Below the pieces are notes generated by a model. That model saw only the letters and a list, made by a program, of their open reading frames with translations. It did not search any database and was not told the origin of the DNA. A stretch of 64,000 nucleotides of DNA, taken from positions 4,784-68,783 of the forward strand of contig JAAYJE010000022.1 in assembly GCA_012523095.1 (NCBI GenBank). The letters run 5' to 3'. The stretch is from Actinomycetota bacterium. GTDB lineage: Bacteria > Actinomycetota > Thermoleophilia > RBG-16-64-13. This document shows positions 38,422 through 48,774 of this stretch, in pieces (the stretch's first letter is position 1; the number at the start of each line of letters is the position of its first letter). The translations under genes and the position numbers were made by a program.

Positions 38422-39400
38422 GAATGCCAGGCGGCCCCTGGGACGCGTCAGAGGATGAATCCCACGGGAAGCGCGCACCGAGCAGCCTGACCTCCGGCTC
38501 CAACAGCACGTTGTTCGCCCGCTTGACTTCCTGTCTCATGAGATGCATCAAGGCAAGCACATCCGCAGTAGTCGCGTCTCCCAGGTTGACCAAAAAATTG
38601 GCGTGTACCCTGGATATTTCGGCGTCGCCCCGGCGCACTCCTTTTAGGCCGGCGGCGTCGATCAACCGGCCTGCTCCCCCACCGGACGGGTTCATAAACG
38701 CGCAGCCGAAAGTGCGCACCCCTTGGGGATGAGACCGGCGGCGCCGCTGTAGGATCGAACGATGATGCTTCATGACCTCCGCCGAGTCGCCGGGGGTGAG
38801 CGTCAAGCGAACGGCGGTGATCACCGCACCGGCCGGCAGGTGGCAACGACGATAGCTCCAGGTTAGATCCGCAGCACGCATCCAAGAAGCGCCGCGGCCG
38901 TCCGCCAGTTCGACTTCCTGGACGACCTCGGCCATGGACGACCCATAGGCGCCGGCATTCGTGGCGATAGCTCCACCCACCGAACCCGGGATGCCGCAGG
39001 CGAACTCCAAGCCCGTCAGGCCGGCTTCGCCGACCACTATAGCCAGCCTGGGGAGCAGGGTGCCTGCCCCAACGGTGACGGTCACCGGTCCCTCCACAGA
39101 ATCCGGCTCCAGGGGCATGCCCTCGACATAATGGAAGCTGTCGTCGAGTTTCACCACCACCCCCGGGTATCCCTCGTCGGCGACCAAGAGATCGGTGCCG
39201 GCGCCCAGACAGAACCACGAGGCGCCGCCATCAAGGATCTTGAGCGTGGCCACAAGCGCGGGTGTATCGACCACGGTCACCATCACCGCGGCCTTGCCCC
39301 CCGTACCGATAGTAGTGAAGGGAGCCATGGGTGCATCGACCCAGATGCGTGAGCCATCGACGGCACGCAGTGCTTGGATCAGGTCGGAAGAAGCCGTCAT
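38414..39400 (-). CDS. murB: UDP-N-acetylenolpyruvoylglucosamine reductase
   Basis: FAD-binding PCMH domain plus the MurB C-terminal domain. 328 aa. Confidence 0.88.
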   Translation of the reverse strand: MTASSDLIQALRAVDGSRIWVDAPMAPFTTIGTGGKAAVMVTVVDTPALVATLKILDGGASWFCLGAGTDLLVADEGYPGVVVKLDDSFHYVEGMPLEPDSVEGPVTVTVGAGTLLPRLAIVVGEAGLTGLEFACGIPGSVGGAIATNAGAYGSSMAEVVQEVELADGRGASWMRAADLTWSYRRCHLPAGAVITAVRLTLTPGDSAEVMKHHRSILQRRRRSHPQGVRTFGCAFMNPSGGGAGRLIDAAGLKGVRRGDAEISRVHANFLVNLGDATTADVLALMHLMRQEVKRANNVLLEPEVRLLGARFPWDSSSDASQGPPGIHE

Positions 39401-39412
39401 ATCGATACCAGG

Positions 39413-40816
39413 TCAGGCAGTGGCCAGAAAACGCTCGCCCACCCGGTGGATGTCACCCGCCCCCAATGTGAGCACCAGATCGCCCGGCGTCACGATCTGC
39501 TCAAGGTACTCGACTATAGAGCCCAATCGGGGCAGGTAGGCCACCGGCTTCTTGACGGAGTTCCTCAGCATGCTGTCGACGATCAGTTTGCCGCTCACCC
39601 CGGGACGCGGGGCTTCCCGAGCCCCGAACACGTCGGTGACGACCGCCACATCCGCCTCCATCAGTGCATCTGCGAACTCCGCGTGGAGAAACTCGGTACG
39701 TGAGTACAGATGAGGCTGAAAGACCGCGATCACCCGTGACCATTCACCCTCCTGCGCCGCACGCAGGGTGGCCAGCAGTTCTGTGGGATGGTGGGCGTAG
39801 TCGTCGACCACCGTTACTCCATCGCGTTCGCCTATACGCTGGAATCGCCGGACCGCCCCGTTGAAGGTGTTCAGCGCCGCGACAACCACGGAGGTGTCTA
39901 TCCCGAGCTCGCTGAGAGTCGCGAAACAGGCGAGAGCGTTCAGCACATTGTGCCTCCCAGGCGCCTGAAGAACTACCGAGGCCAGCTTCCTCCCACCGCT
40001 CCATACCTCGAAGCTACTGCCGGGATGTCCGGCCACGACCTCCCGCGCCTGGTACGCAGCCGAGGAATCGAACCCGTACGAACAGGTCCTGCAACCTGAC
40101 TTGACCGCCAGCGCCGTAACGCGGGGTTCTTCTCCGCAGTAGACGAGCAGTCCGTGGTCGGGGAGACGGCTCAGGAAGGTCTCGAAGACACGCTCCACAT
40201 CCTCGATGTGCAGGTAGTGGCTGTGGTGGTCCAGCTCCACATTGGTGAGCACGGCTATCTCCGGCCTGAGCAGCAGAAACGACCTGTCCGACTCATCGGC
40301 TTCGCACACCACGAAGGGCCCTTCACCGTGACGGGCGTTCGAGCCCAGATCGTTGAGTTCGCCGCCGACCAGGAAAGTGGGATCGAAACCGCCGTCGACC
40401 AACGCCCGGCTGATCATCGAGGTGGTGGTGGTCTTGCCGTGCGTGCCGCAGACGGCGATGCCGCGGGCGCAGTCCATCAGCCAGGCCAATGCTTGGGCGC
40501 GTCTGACGACGAGGATGCCGCGCCTCCGGGCCTCCTGCAACTCCACGTTGTGCGCGGGGATGGCTGATGAGATGACCACCACGTCCGGCTGATCCAGGTT
40601 CGACGCTCTGTGGCCGATCTTGACCGGCGCTCCGGCGTCCTCCAGAAGGGCGGTGTAGCGAGAAGGTTTGAGATCGGACCCGGTGACCTGATAGCCACGC
40701 TTGTGCAGCACCAGAGCGATGCCGCTCATCCCTGCGCCCCCAATCCCGATGAAATGGAAGCTGCGCAGCCACTCAGGGGCGGCGATGCTCGAGGTGTCGA
40801 TGGCTGGTTCAGTCAT
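39413..40816 (-). CDS. murC: UDP-N-acetylmuramate--L-alanine ligase
   Basis: Mur ligase with N-terminal GIGGAGMSG and the central GTHGKTTT P-loop. Confidence 0.93.
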   Translation of the reverse strand: MTEPAIDTSSIAAPEWLRSFHFIGIGGAGMSGIALVLHKRGYQVTGSDLKPSRYTALLEDAGAPVKIGHRASNLDQPDVVVISSAIPAHNVELQEARRRGILVVRRAQALAWLMDCARGIAVCGTHGKTTTTSMISRALVDGGFDPTFLVGGELNDLGSNARHGEGPFVVCEADESDRSFLLLRPEIAVLTNVELDHHSHYLHIEDVERVFETFLSRLPDHGLLVYCGEEPRVTALAVKSGCRTCSYGFDSSAAYQAREVVAGHPGSSFEVWSGGRKLASVVLQAPGRHNVLNALACFATLSELGIDTSVVVAALNTFNGAVRRFQRIGERDGVTVVDDYAHHPTELLATLRAAQEGEWSRVIAVFQPHLYSRTEFLHAEFADALMEADVAVVTDVFGAREAPRPGVSGKLIVDSMLRNSVKKPVAYLPRLGSIVEYLEQIVTPGDLVLTLGAGDIHRVGERFLATA

Positions 40817-41912
40817 AGTGTTCCCCGGTACGCCGGGCGATCAATTCTACTACGACATCGGCTATGCGGACAGCCGCGTCCGGTCTGGCCAGTCGCAGAG
40901 CGGCTTCACTCATGCGGCGGTTGGTGTGAGGATCGAGCAGGGTGGCCACGGCCTCAGCCAGATCCTTAGCGGTCAGATCGGCGTCCGTGATCATGAGGGC
41001 GGCACCCGCCTCGGCGACCGTGCGGGCATTGACCGTCTGGTGGTCACCCGTAGCCAACGGATAGGGTACCAGCAGAGACGGCACCCCACGAGCTAAGACC
41101 TCCGATACCGACCCGCCCGCCCTCCCCACCACCGCGTCGGCGGCGGCCAACGCCAGAGGGAAATCGTCCAGGAAGGCGTGGATCTGATAAGCCGCGTTGG
41201 CATCCGGACCGCTTAGGGCCTCTGCCACACGGGCATGTTCGCGCTCTCCCGTGATATGTACGATCTGGAACGGCGTGGCGGTCCGTGCGAACGCGTCCAC
41301 CGTTGCCTCGTTCAGGGTATGCGAACCCAAGCTCCCACCGAACACCAGAAGCACGTCCCTGGCCGGGTCCAAACCGAAACGAACCAGACCTTCATCGCGG
41401 GTCGCCGAGAGTAACGCCGGCCGCAGGGGCCGACCTGTATAGATATACTTCTCACCCGTCCGGCGTGGATCGGGAAAAGAGAGACACACTTTGTCGACCA
41501 TGCGACTTAGGATACGGTTGGTCCAACCCATGTAGGAGTCCATCTCCACGGCCACGGTCGGGACCCTGCCCGCCGCAGCCTCGGCCACCACCGGGCCCGA
41601 GGCATAGGCTCCCACGCCGATCACGCAGTCGGGACGGAAGGTGCGGAGCAGCCTCCAAGCGTCGACCCCCGCCACTGGGATAGACCCCAGGGTGCGCAGG
41701 GTGGAGAGCCCCAGTCTGCGCTCGAAGCCGCGGATGCGGACGGCATACAGGGGGTAGCCGGCCCGAGGGACCAACTCCCTTTCCATCCCCCGCCCTGTGC
41801 CGCAGAATGCTACCTCGAGACTCCGGCTCGACAGGACGTCAGCGAGGGCTAGGGCGGGCACCACGTGCCCCGCCGTACCGCCGCCCGCGATCAATACGCG
41901 TGACATTCTCAT
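40809..41912 (-). CDS. murG: UDP-GlcNAc:lipid I N-acetylglucosaminyltransferase
   Basis: GGGTAGHVVPALA N-terminal motif. 367 aa. Confidence 0.9.
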   Translation of the reverse strand: MRMSRVLIAGGGTAGHVVPALALADVLSSRSLEVAFCGTGRGMERELVPRAGYPLYAVRIRGFERRLGLSTLRTLGSIPVAGVDAWRLLRTFRPDCVIGVGAYASGPVVAEAAAGRVPTVAVEMDSYMGWTNRILSRMVDKVCLSFPDPRRTGEKYIYTGRPLRPALLSATRDEGLVRFGLDPARDVLLVFGGSLGSHTLNEATVDAFARTATPFQIVHITGEREHARVAEALSGPDANAAYQIHAFLDDFPLALAAADAVVGRAGGSVSEVLARGVPSLLVPYPLATGDHQTVNARTVAEAGAALMITDADLTAKDLAEAVATLLDPHTNRRMSEAALRLARPDAAVRIADVVVELIARRTGEHYD

Positions 41913-43125
41913 ACCTCACTGCTGGAGACGGCGCCGGCCGGGCAGGCGCGCGTCTGGCGACTGCCAGGATCACTCCTACGGCCATCAGCATCGCCACCAG
42001 GCTGCTACGGCCGTAGCTGATGAAAGGTAAGGGTACCCCAGTCAGAGGCAGCGCGCCGATGACGCCGCCGATGTTGACGACGGCCTGCAGCGTCACCAGC
42101 ATGCCGCAACCGGCTATCAGATATTTGCCCATGGGGTCCGAACAGCGCCTGGCGAGTTGCCAGCAGGCGAACGCGAACACGCCGAAGAGCACCAGCACCG
42201 ATCCGGCTCCCACAAGGCCGAATTCTTCACCCAGGATGCTGAAGATCATGTCGGTATGCGCTTTGGGCAGGTACTGGAACTTCTGGACGCTCTCCCCCGG
42301 CCCCACTCCAATCCAGCCGCCCCTGCCGAGCGCAACCATAGACTGCCCCAACTGGTATGCCGCTCCCTGAGGATCAGACGACGGATCGAGGAAGGAGAAG
42401 ACCCGGCTCATACGCACGTGACTCGTGAAGACGAGAGCCATAGCCGCCGCTGCTCCTGTGCCGGTCAGGGCCAACCAATGCGTGGCCTTCATTCCCCCAA
42501 GCCACAGCATTCCCATCACCAACCCGGCCATTATTATGGCGGTCCCCAGATCGCCCTCAAGCGTGACCATCACGCACATGCCTAAGCCGATCGCGCCGAA
42601 GGGCCACATGAACGCCTCGAAATCACCAGCCCCCCTCCGACGCCTCGAAAGAAGATGAGCTCCGAGCAGCACCAGGGCCAACTTGGCCAACTCCGACGGC
42701 TGCAGCGTGAAGAGACCGATCTTGAGGTAGCTCCTGGCCCCGCCGGCCATCTGGCCGAACTGAGGGACGTGCACCAGGATAAGCAGAAACCCCACTAGAG
42801 CAAGAAACGCTACGGAGATCACCCGCAGCCTGCGATAATCGAGACGCCACAGGGCCACGAGCAGCACCAGGCCCACAGCCGCCGCGATGCCTTGCGCGCG
42901 GACGTAGCCGTACTTGGACCCCCCGTTGACGCCTTCCGCCACCGATACCGACAGCATCATGCACATGCCGGCCACAAGCAGAATCAGCGTGGTCACCCAT
43001 ACCAGATGGTAGACCGCCGGAGAGGAGTCCCTGAGCGTGACCGTCGCCCGGGGTCGCGGATAGGGAGCGGGCGCCTTGGCGTCCTCGGCGCCTGGACGTT
43101 GCGTGCGGGCCGTCGCGGAGCTCAT
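41839..43125 (-). CDS. ftsW: Peptidoglycan glycosyltransferase FtsW (SEDS family)
   Basis: 10-TM SEDS protein with the SEDS periplasmic loop motif (LPKAHTDMIFSILGEE). Its 3' end overlaps the murG start by ~70 nt. Confidence 0.88.
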   Translation of the reverse strand: MSSATARTQRPGAEDAKAPAPYPRPRATVTLRDSSPAVYHLVWVTTLILLVAGMCMMLSVSVAEGVNGGSKYGYVRAQGIAAAVGLVLLVALWRLDYRRLRVISVAFLALVGFLLILVHVPQFGQMAGGARSYLKIGLFTLQPSELAKLALVLLGAHLLSRRRRGAGDFEAFMWPFGAIGLGMCVMVTLEGDLGTAIIMAGLVMGMLWLGGMKATHWLALTGTGAAAAMALVFTSHVRMSRVFSFLDPSSDPQGAAYQLGQSMVALGRGGWIGVGPGESVQKFQYLPKAHTDMIFSILGEEFGLVGAGSVLVLFGVFAFACWQLARRCSDPMGKYLIAGCGMLVTLQAVVNIGGVIGALPLTGVPLPFISYGRSSLVAMLMAVGVILAVARRAPARPAPSPAVRYENVTRIDRGRRYGGARGARPSPR

Positions 43126-44567
43126 AGCGTGTCGCCGGCCAGTCGGCGGACAAGCGCGCAGAAATGCAGACCACGCTCTTCGAAGTCTTCGTACTGGTCG
43201 AAGCTGGCACAGGCAGGGGCAAGGAGCACCACATCGCCGGCCGTCGACTTCCGTGCCGCGAGCCGAACGGCGGCCTCCAGATCACCACATACCAGAGGCT
43301 CGAGCGCCCCTTGGACCTTCTCCTCGTCTCGGACTTCGCGGAAGGCCGTCTCGATGAGCGGACTCGCCTCACCGATAAGGTACACGGCTTCACAGCCCCG
43401 CGCGCAGGCACGGGCCACAGGTCGGTAATCGGAAGCTTTGTCGCGTCCTCCCAAGATCAGATGCGTCCTTTCTGGATACGCCTTCAGAGCGGTGAGCGTA
43501 GCCTCCACGTTGGTAGCCTTACTGTCGTTGACATACGTCACCCCGGCGACCATTCCTGCCCTCTCGAGCCGGTGAGCGACCCCAGCGAAGGAGCCCAGAC
43601 CCTCGGCTACAACACTTGGATCAAGCCCGCGGGCCAGGGCCGCGGTGCCCGCCGCGAGACAGTTCTCCAAGTTGTGGACGCCGGGCAAACGGATGTCGCT
43701 CACCCTGATCGACCGCTCCTCTTCAAGGTAGACCCACCCGTCCTCTACCCAGGACACCAGCTGCCGTCCGCCCGTGCGGGTCGTGGTTGAGAAGAAGGCC
43801 ACACGAGGGCCGTCGGGGCGGCCGGCCAACTCAAGGCCAAGCCCGGCCACGAAGGGATCAGACAAGTTCAACACAGCTACGTCCCCCGCATGCTGTCCGG
43901 CGAACAGGTTGGCCTTGCATGCCAGGTAGCATCCCATGGAGCCGTGACGGTCCAGATGATCGGGCGTGAGGTTGAGGAAGACGCCCACCGTGGGCCGAAA
44001 TGCGTGCACATCCTCCAGTTGAAAACTCGACACCTCCACCACCAGCTCCTCGTCGGGCGCGATCTCACCGGCCACCGAGGTTACGGCGATCCCGATGTTG
44101 CCGAGCACTCGCGCCGGTCGCCCGGCCACGGTGAACAGATGGCCCAGGAGCGCCGTGGTGGTGGTCTTACCGTTGGTGCCGGTGACCGCATCGAAGGGAT
44201 TCGGGAACAGGGCGTACGCGAGCTCGAGCTCGCTCCACACCGGCACGCCTCGTTGCCTCGCCCACACCACCGGCCCCGCCTCTCCAGGGACCCCGGGACT
44301 CTTCACCACCAGATCGGGCTCCGGCCACGAGACGTCGAGTGTGCCCTCAGACTGAAAGCGGACGCCCACGCCGGTCGCGGCGGCCGGCGTGGGCAGTAAC
44401 GCCGGTTCGCGCCGGTCGCTCAAAATGACGTCGCGTCCCAACCGAGCAAGGGCGAGTGCCGCGCTGGTGCCGGAGCGACCCGCCCCCAGGACCAGCACCC
44501 GTCTCACCGAGTCTGGAAGTCCCGCGCCTCCATCAGCGACTCCAGGAGGCCCATCGCCGTGACCCAT
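43122..44567 (-). CDS. murD: UDP-N-acetylmuramoylalanine--D-glutamate ligase
   Basis: Mur ligase P-loop GTNGKTTTT. The ORF track extends to 44945, but the start was set at ATG 44567, immediately after the mraY stop. The N-terminal VLVLGAGRSG Rossmann motif follows. Confidence 0.85.
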   Translation of the reverse strand: MGHGDGPPGVADGGAGLPDSVRRVLVLGAGRSGTSAALALARLGRDVILSDRREPALLPTPAAATGVGVRFQSEGTLDVSWPEPDLVVKSPGVPGEAGPVVWARQRGVPVWSELELAYALFPNPFDAVTGTNGKTTTTALLGHLFTVAGRPARVLGNIGIAVTSVAGEIAPDEELVVEVSSFQLEDVHAFRPTVGVFLNLTPDHLDRHGSMGCYLACKANLFAGQHAGDVAVLNLSDPFVAGLGLELAGRPDGPRVAFFSTTTRTGGRQLVSWVEDGWVYLEEERSIRVSDIRLPGVHNLENCLAAGTAALARGLDPSVVAEGLGSFAGVAHRLERAGMVAGVTYVNDSKATNVEATLTALKAYPERTHLILGGRDKASDYRPVARACARGCEAVYLIGEASPLIETAFREVRDEEKVQGALEPLVCGDLEAAVRLAARKSTAGDVVLLAPACASFDQYEDFEERGLHFCALVRRLAGDTL

Positions 44568-44572
44568 CACGA

Positions 44573-45553
44573 TCAACCTCCCGAGATGCGTGTGTTGCTG
44601 AGGTAGTAGAGGGCGAACCCTGCTGCGGCCAGTATGGCGGAGATGATCCAGAACCTCACGATGATCTTCGTCTCCGACCAACCTTTGAGCTCGAAATGGT
44701 GGTGGATGGGGGCCATCAGGAAGACCCGCCGGTGGAATACCCGGAAGCTGAATACCTGGATCGTGACGCTCAAGGCTTCCAGCACGAACAGACCCCCTAC
44801 CAGGAAGAGAAGGATCTCCATGTTGGTGGCGATGGCCATGCCTGCCACTGCTCCCCCCAGCGCCAGCGAGCCGGTATCCCCCATGAAGACCGTCGCCGGG
44901 TGGGTGTTGTACCAGAGAAAGCCGACACAGGCGCCCGTGAAACACGCGCCTAGGGTGGCCAGATCATACTTCCCTTGGAGAAAGGCGATCCCCGCGTAGG
45001 CGAACAGAGCGATCCCCGCAGTGCCGGCGGCCAGGCCGTCCAGTCCGTCGGTGAGATTGACTGCATTGGTGAAACCGACGATGAAGAGGAAGGCGAAGAT
45101 GTAGTAGAACCAGCCTATCTCCAAACCGGCGCGCACGAACGGCACGCTCAGCCGCGTATCGACTCCCCCGTACTTGGTGGCGAGCCACAAGGCGACGCCG
45201 AACACCGGGAGCATAAGGAGCAGCTTGAATCTGGCACTCAGACCCAAAGAGCGTTGCCGCCACTGACTCATGAAGTCGTCGGCGAAGCCGATCATTCCGC
45301 CGCCCAGTGCCAAGACGATGACCACCAGGGTCGGCACCGTCTTGGTGGCGAATATCAAATAAGGGATGAGCGTAGCCGCTAAGAGCAGCAGACCACCCAT
45401 GGTAGGCGTACCTGCTTTGACGCTGTGAGCCTTGGGGCCCAGTTCGCGGATGTTCTGCCCGATCCCCCGTCGACTCAGCCAACGTATGAAACGGGGGCCG
45501 GCCACCATCCCGATAACCAACGCCACGAGGGTGGCCGACAGCACTTTCAGCAC
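44573..45553 (-). CDS. mraY: Phospho-N-acetylmuramoyl-pentapeptide transferase
   Basis: 326 aa, 10 TM helices, with DD..D and NxxNxxDGxDGL motifs. Confidence 0.95.
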   Translation of the reverse strand: MLKVLSATLVALVIGMVAGPRFIRWLSRRGIGQNIRELGPKAHSVKAGTPTMGGLLLLAATLIPYLIFATKTVPTLVVIVLALGGGMIGFADDFMSQWRQRSLGLSARFKLLLMLPVFGVALWLATKYGGVDTRLSVPFVRAGLEIGWFYYIFAFLFIVGFTNAVNLTDGLDGLAAGTAGIALFAYAGIAFLQGKYDLATLGACFTGACVGFLWYNTHPATVFMGDTGSLALGGAVAGMAIATNMEILLFLVGGLFVLEALSVTIQVFSFRVFHRRVFLMAPIHHHFELKGWSETKIIVRFWIISAILAAAGFALYYLSNTRISGG

Positions 45554-47070
45554 CGGCGCGTCTCCTTAGTCCCGTTCTCCGTCTCGTCACCAGGCCCGCG
45601 TTCCACAACGAGACGATCCTCATCCGTCGGCCGACGCTCGGCCACGAGCCGTCGCACCATGGTCTCGAGGCGCATGCTCCGCGACGCCTTGAAGAGCACT
45701 ATGTCGCCCGGCTCCAAAGCAGCCGACACCGATGATGTTTCTTCGGCCGAGGTCACATGTCCTGCCCTCCAGTCGACGTCCCCCGTCTTGCCTTCCCACC
45801 ATCTCTGGAAACCTGCGACCGTGAGCGCCGACAGCTCACCGACTCCCCACAGCGCCCGTACCCCGGCTCTGCCCGCGTACTCCCCGATCTCGAAGTGGTA
45901 ACGCTCCGCCTCCGGCCCCAGTTCGAGCATATCGCCCAGCACCGCGACCGCCCTACCCCCCAACAGCCCGGCCATGTCCACGAGGTCGTCCAGAGCGGCA
46001 CGCACCGCGGCAGGATTAGCGTTGTAGGTATCGTCGATGATGGTCAGCCCAGGCAAACGAACAACATCGCCCCTACCATCACTCAACCTCGCCATGGCGA
46101 TCCCCGCCGCGCACTCGGCGACCGGCAGGCCCGCGGCATAACAGGCCGCCGCGGCTGCAGTGGCATTCTCAACCTGATGTCGAGCCATACGGCGGGTCTT
46201 GACCTCGACCTGACCTCCGGGCCATATGAGACTCAGCACGTGCTCCGCTTCCCCGGCCGCTGCGCGCAACGAACCTCTCACATCGGCGGCACACCCAGGT
46301 CGATCCAAGCCAAAACGCACCACGGGGCGCTCAGCCAAGCCGATATATGGCTGCAAAACAGAGCATTCCGCTGGAATCACGAGGGGAGCACCTCGCCGCA
46401 GGCCCCCTGCAAGCTCAGCCTTGGCTTTAGCGATATTGTCCAACGACCCCAGAAGCTCAAGGTGAACTGGATGGATGTTGGTTATCACTCCAATGTCAGG
46501 TTCGGTGACCTCAGCAAGCGCGGCAATCTGGCCGAGGCCGCGCATGCCCATCTCCACCACAACCGCCTCGGTATCGGGGGTGACGGCGAGAAGCGTGAGC
46601 GGCACTCCCACTTCGTTGTTCTGGTTCGCGGCCGTCATCACCAAACAGCGGACTCGGCCCACCATGGCGCCCAAATAGTCCTTGGTGCTGGTCTTGCCGA
46701 CGCTTCCGGTCACAGCGAAAACGAGGGCGTCGGACTTGCGACGCACCTCTCGAGCCAGCGCCCAGAGCGCCATCAACGTGTCATCCACTTCATAGACGGA
46801 CGCCGTACCGACGTCCGGGCGGCCCCCGAGGCGGCCGCCTCTGCCTATCTCGCGACCACCCCAGCTCTCGCGCGCCACAACCACCCCCGACGCGCCGGCG
46901 GCAAAAGCCTTCTCGACAAAGTCGTGGCCGTCAAGGCGTTCACCTTTGAGCGCTACGAACAGATCGCCCGGCGTCAGTGTCCGTGTGTCGATGCTGATGC
47001 CGAGAACCGCAGCCGACAATGCCTGCAGTCCCAGCGCCCTTCCGGCCTCTTCCGCGGTTAGGGGGATCAT
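45547..47070 (-). CDS. murF: UDP-MurNAc-tripeptide--D-alanyl-D-alanine ligase
   Basis: Mur ligase family with GSVGKTSTK P-loop. 507 aa. Confidence 0.9.
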   Translation of the reverse strand: MIPLTAEEAGRALGLQALSAAVLGISIDTRTLTPGDLFVALKGERLDGHDFVEKAFAAGASGVVVARESWGGREIGRGGRLGGRPDVGTASVYEVDDTLMALWALAREVRRKSDALVFAVTGSVGKTSTKDYLGAMVGRVRCLVMTAANQNNEVGVPLTLLAVTPDTEAVVVEMGMRGLGQIAALAEVTEPDIGVITNIHPVHLELLGSLDNIAKAKAELAGGLRRGAPLVIPAECSVLQPYIGLAERPVVRFGLDRPGCAADVRGSLRAAAGEAEHVLSLIWPGGQVEVKTRRMARHQVENATAAAAACYAAGLPVAECAAGIAMARLSDGRGDVVRLPGLTIIDDTYNANPAAVRAALDDLVDMAGLLGGRAVAVLGDMLELGPEAERYHFEIGEYAGRAGVRALWGVGELSALTVAGFQRWWEGKTGDVDWRAGHVTSAEETSSVSAALEPGDIVLFKASRSMRLETMVRRLVAERRPTDEDRLVVERGPGDETENGTKETRRC

Positions 47071-48674
47071 GTCGGCCGACCTCGATCACGCCGTCGGGCT
47101 CGAAGGTCACGTTCAAGCTCCTGCCGGCGGGCCAGCAACAACTCTCTGGCTATCTGCCGGTCGTCGAAGGGAGTCGTCTCGGTTGCGAACTCCTGGCCGA
47201 GTTCATGACCTTTCCCCAGAATCATGACTACGTCGCCGCCCTCCGCTCGGTCAAAGGCCTCCGCGATGGCGAGCCGCCGGTCGGGCTGCACGACGGCGGC
47301 AGCCGGGCGATCCAGGCCGCCTACTATCTCGGCGATGATGGAGAGGGGATCTTCGCTGCGAGGATTGTCCGATGTGACCACCACCAGGTCGGCCGCGCTC
47401 TCCGCCTCCCTGCCCATGAGTGGCCGTTTGAGCCTATCACGGTCGCCTCCGCAGCCGATCACCGCGATGAGTCTGCCACGAGTGATACCCCGGGCAGCCC
47501 GGAGAACGTTCCGGACAGAGTCGGGGGTATGCGCATAGTCCACCAGAACCAAGAAGTCCTGCCCGGCGTTCACCGATTCCATGCGTCCGGGCACGCCCCG
47601 GAACGTGCGCATGCCGACGAGCATCTCGTCTAGGTCCAGGCCGAGCCCCAGCCCCACACCGAGGGCGGTCAGTGTGTTGCCCACATTGAAGTCCCCCACC
47701 AGTGAGGTGGCCATCTCCAGCCGCTGCTCGCCACAAGCGGTGGGATCGGGAACGACTCGCCCGCGGGCGCACTTCAACGCCGTGCCTCTTACCACCAGGA
47801 CGCCCCTGATACCGGCGGCATCCTTCTGGTATTCGCTCATCTCCAAGTCGGCAGGGCCCCATTCCGATATCTCCGACCGACTGGAGAAACCTATCACTCG
47901 CTCTCTCGGGCACCGGAAGGCCAGCTCACGCCCATGGGGGTCGTCCACGTTGATGACCGCGACGGTCAAGCCGGTGGCAAAATCCGCCTCCAGGAACAAC
48001 CTGCTCTTGGCCGCGAAGTAGTCTTCCAGCGTCTTGTGGTAGTCGAGGTGGTCCTGGGTCAGATTGGTGAAGGCGACGGCGCGGAAGGCGATATCGGCGA
48101 CGCGGCCCAGGTCGAGCGCGTGAGACGACACCTCCATGACAACCGCCAGGTCGCCCGCATCCGCCATGAGGGCCAGGTCGCGTTGAATATCGAGCGCCTC
48201 CGGAGTCGTCCGGCCCGCAGGGAGCGTCCGACCCCCTATCCGTCGTTCGACGGTTCCCATGAGTCCGCAACTCAGACCCGCGTGCTCGAGCAGATGAGCG
48301 ACCAAGAAGGCCGACGTGGTCTTGCCGTTGGTTCCGGTGATGCCGACTGTGAGCAGACGCCTGCCGGGGTGTCCGTAGAAAGTGGCGCCCACCGGCCCCA
48401 TGGCCGCCCGCACCGATGGAACCACGACCTGGGCCACCGGCAAACCCAGAGGGCGCTCCACGCACAAAGCCGTCGCGCCCCGGGCCACCGCGTCCGGAGC
48501 GAAGTCATGCCCATCGCGAACGAACCCGGGTACGCAGAAAAACAGACTGCCAGGACCCGCCTGATCGCTGCGGTAGGTGAGTGAGGTGATGCCAACGTCA
48601 CCGGCGCCCGCCAGGCGCCAGCCCTCGACACCGGCGAAGAGGTCACAGAGTCTCACAGGGGAGGATTCTACCAT
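47067..48674 (-). CDS. murE: UDP-MurNAc-L-Ala-D-Glu--2,6-diaminopimelate ligase
   Basis: Mur ligase with GTNGKTT P-loop and a C-terminal DNPR-like region. 535 aa. Confidence 0.9.
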   Translation of the reverse strand: MVESSPVRLCDLFAGVEGWRLAGAGDVGITSLTYRSDQAGPGSLFFCVPGFVRDGHDFAPDAVARGATALCVERPLGLPVAQVVVPSVRAAMGPVGATFYGHPGRRLLTVGITGTNGKTTSAFLVAHLLEHAGLSCGLMGTVERRIGGRTLPAGRTTPEALDIQRDLALMADAGDLAVVMEVSSHALDLGRVADIAFRAVAFTNLTQDHLDYHKTLEDYFAAKSRLFLEADFATGLTVAVINVDDPHGRELAFRCPRERVIGFSSRSEISEWGPADLEMSEYQKDAAGIRGVLVVRGTALKCARGRVVPDPTACGEQRLEMATSLVGDFNVGNTLTALGVGLGLGLDLDEMLVGMRTFRGVPGRMESVNAGQDFLVLVDYAHTPDSVRNVLRAARGITRGRLIAVIGCGGDRDRLKRPLMGREAESAADLVVVTSDNPRSEDPLSIIAEIVGGLDRPAAAVVQPDRRLAIAEAFDRAEGGDVVMILGKGHELGQEFATETTPFDDRQIARELLLARRQELERDLRARRRDRGRPT

Positions 48675-48774
48675 CAGGTCACCTCCCGGTTCGAGGGCCC
48701 TAAGGGTCCGGAGGAAGACCGGCGCTTCGCGTTCATCGGCTCGAAGGGCCCGGCGGCCACAGCGGCCGTCTCAT

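Noticed and set aside
43122-44945. 607-aa version of murD extending over the mraY 3' end.
   Set aside because: The first 126 residues overlap mraY out of frame and lack Mur ligase features. An ATG at 44567 immediately after the mraY stop gives a normal 481-aa MurD.
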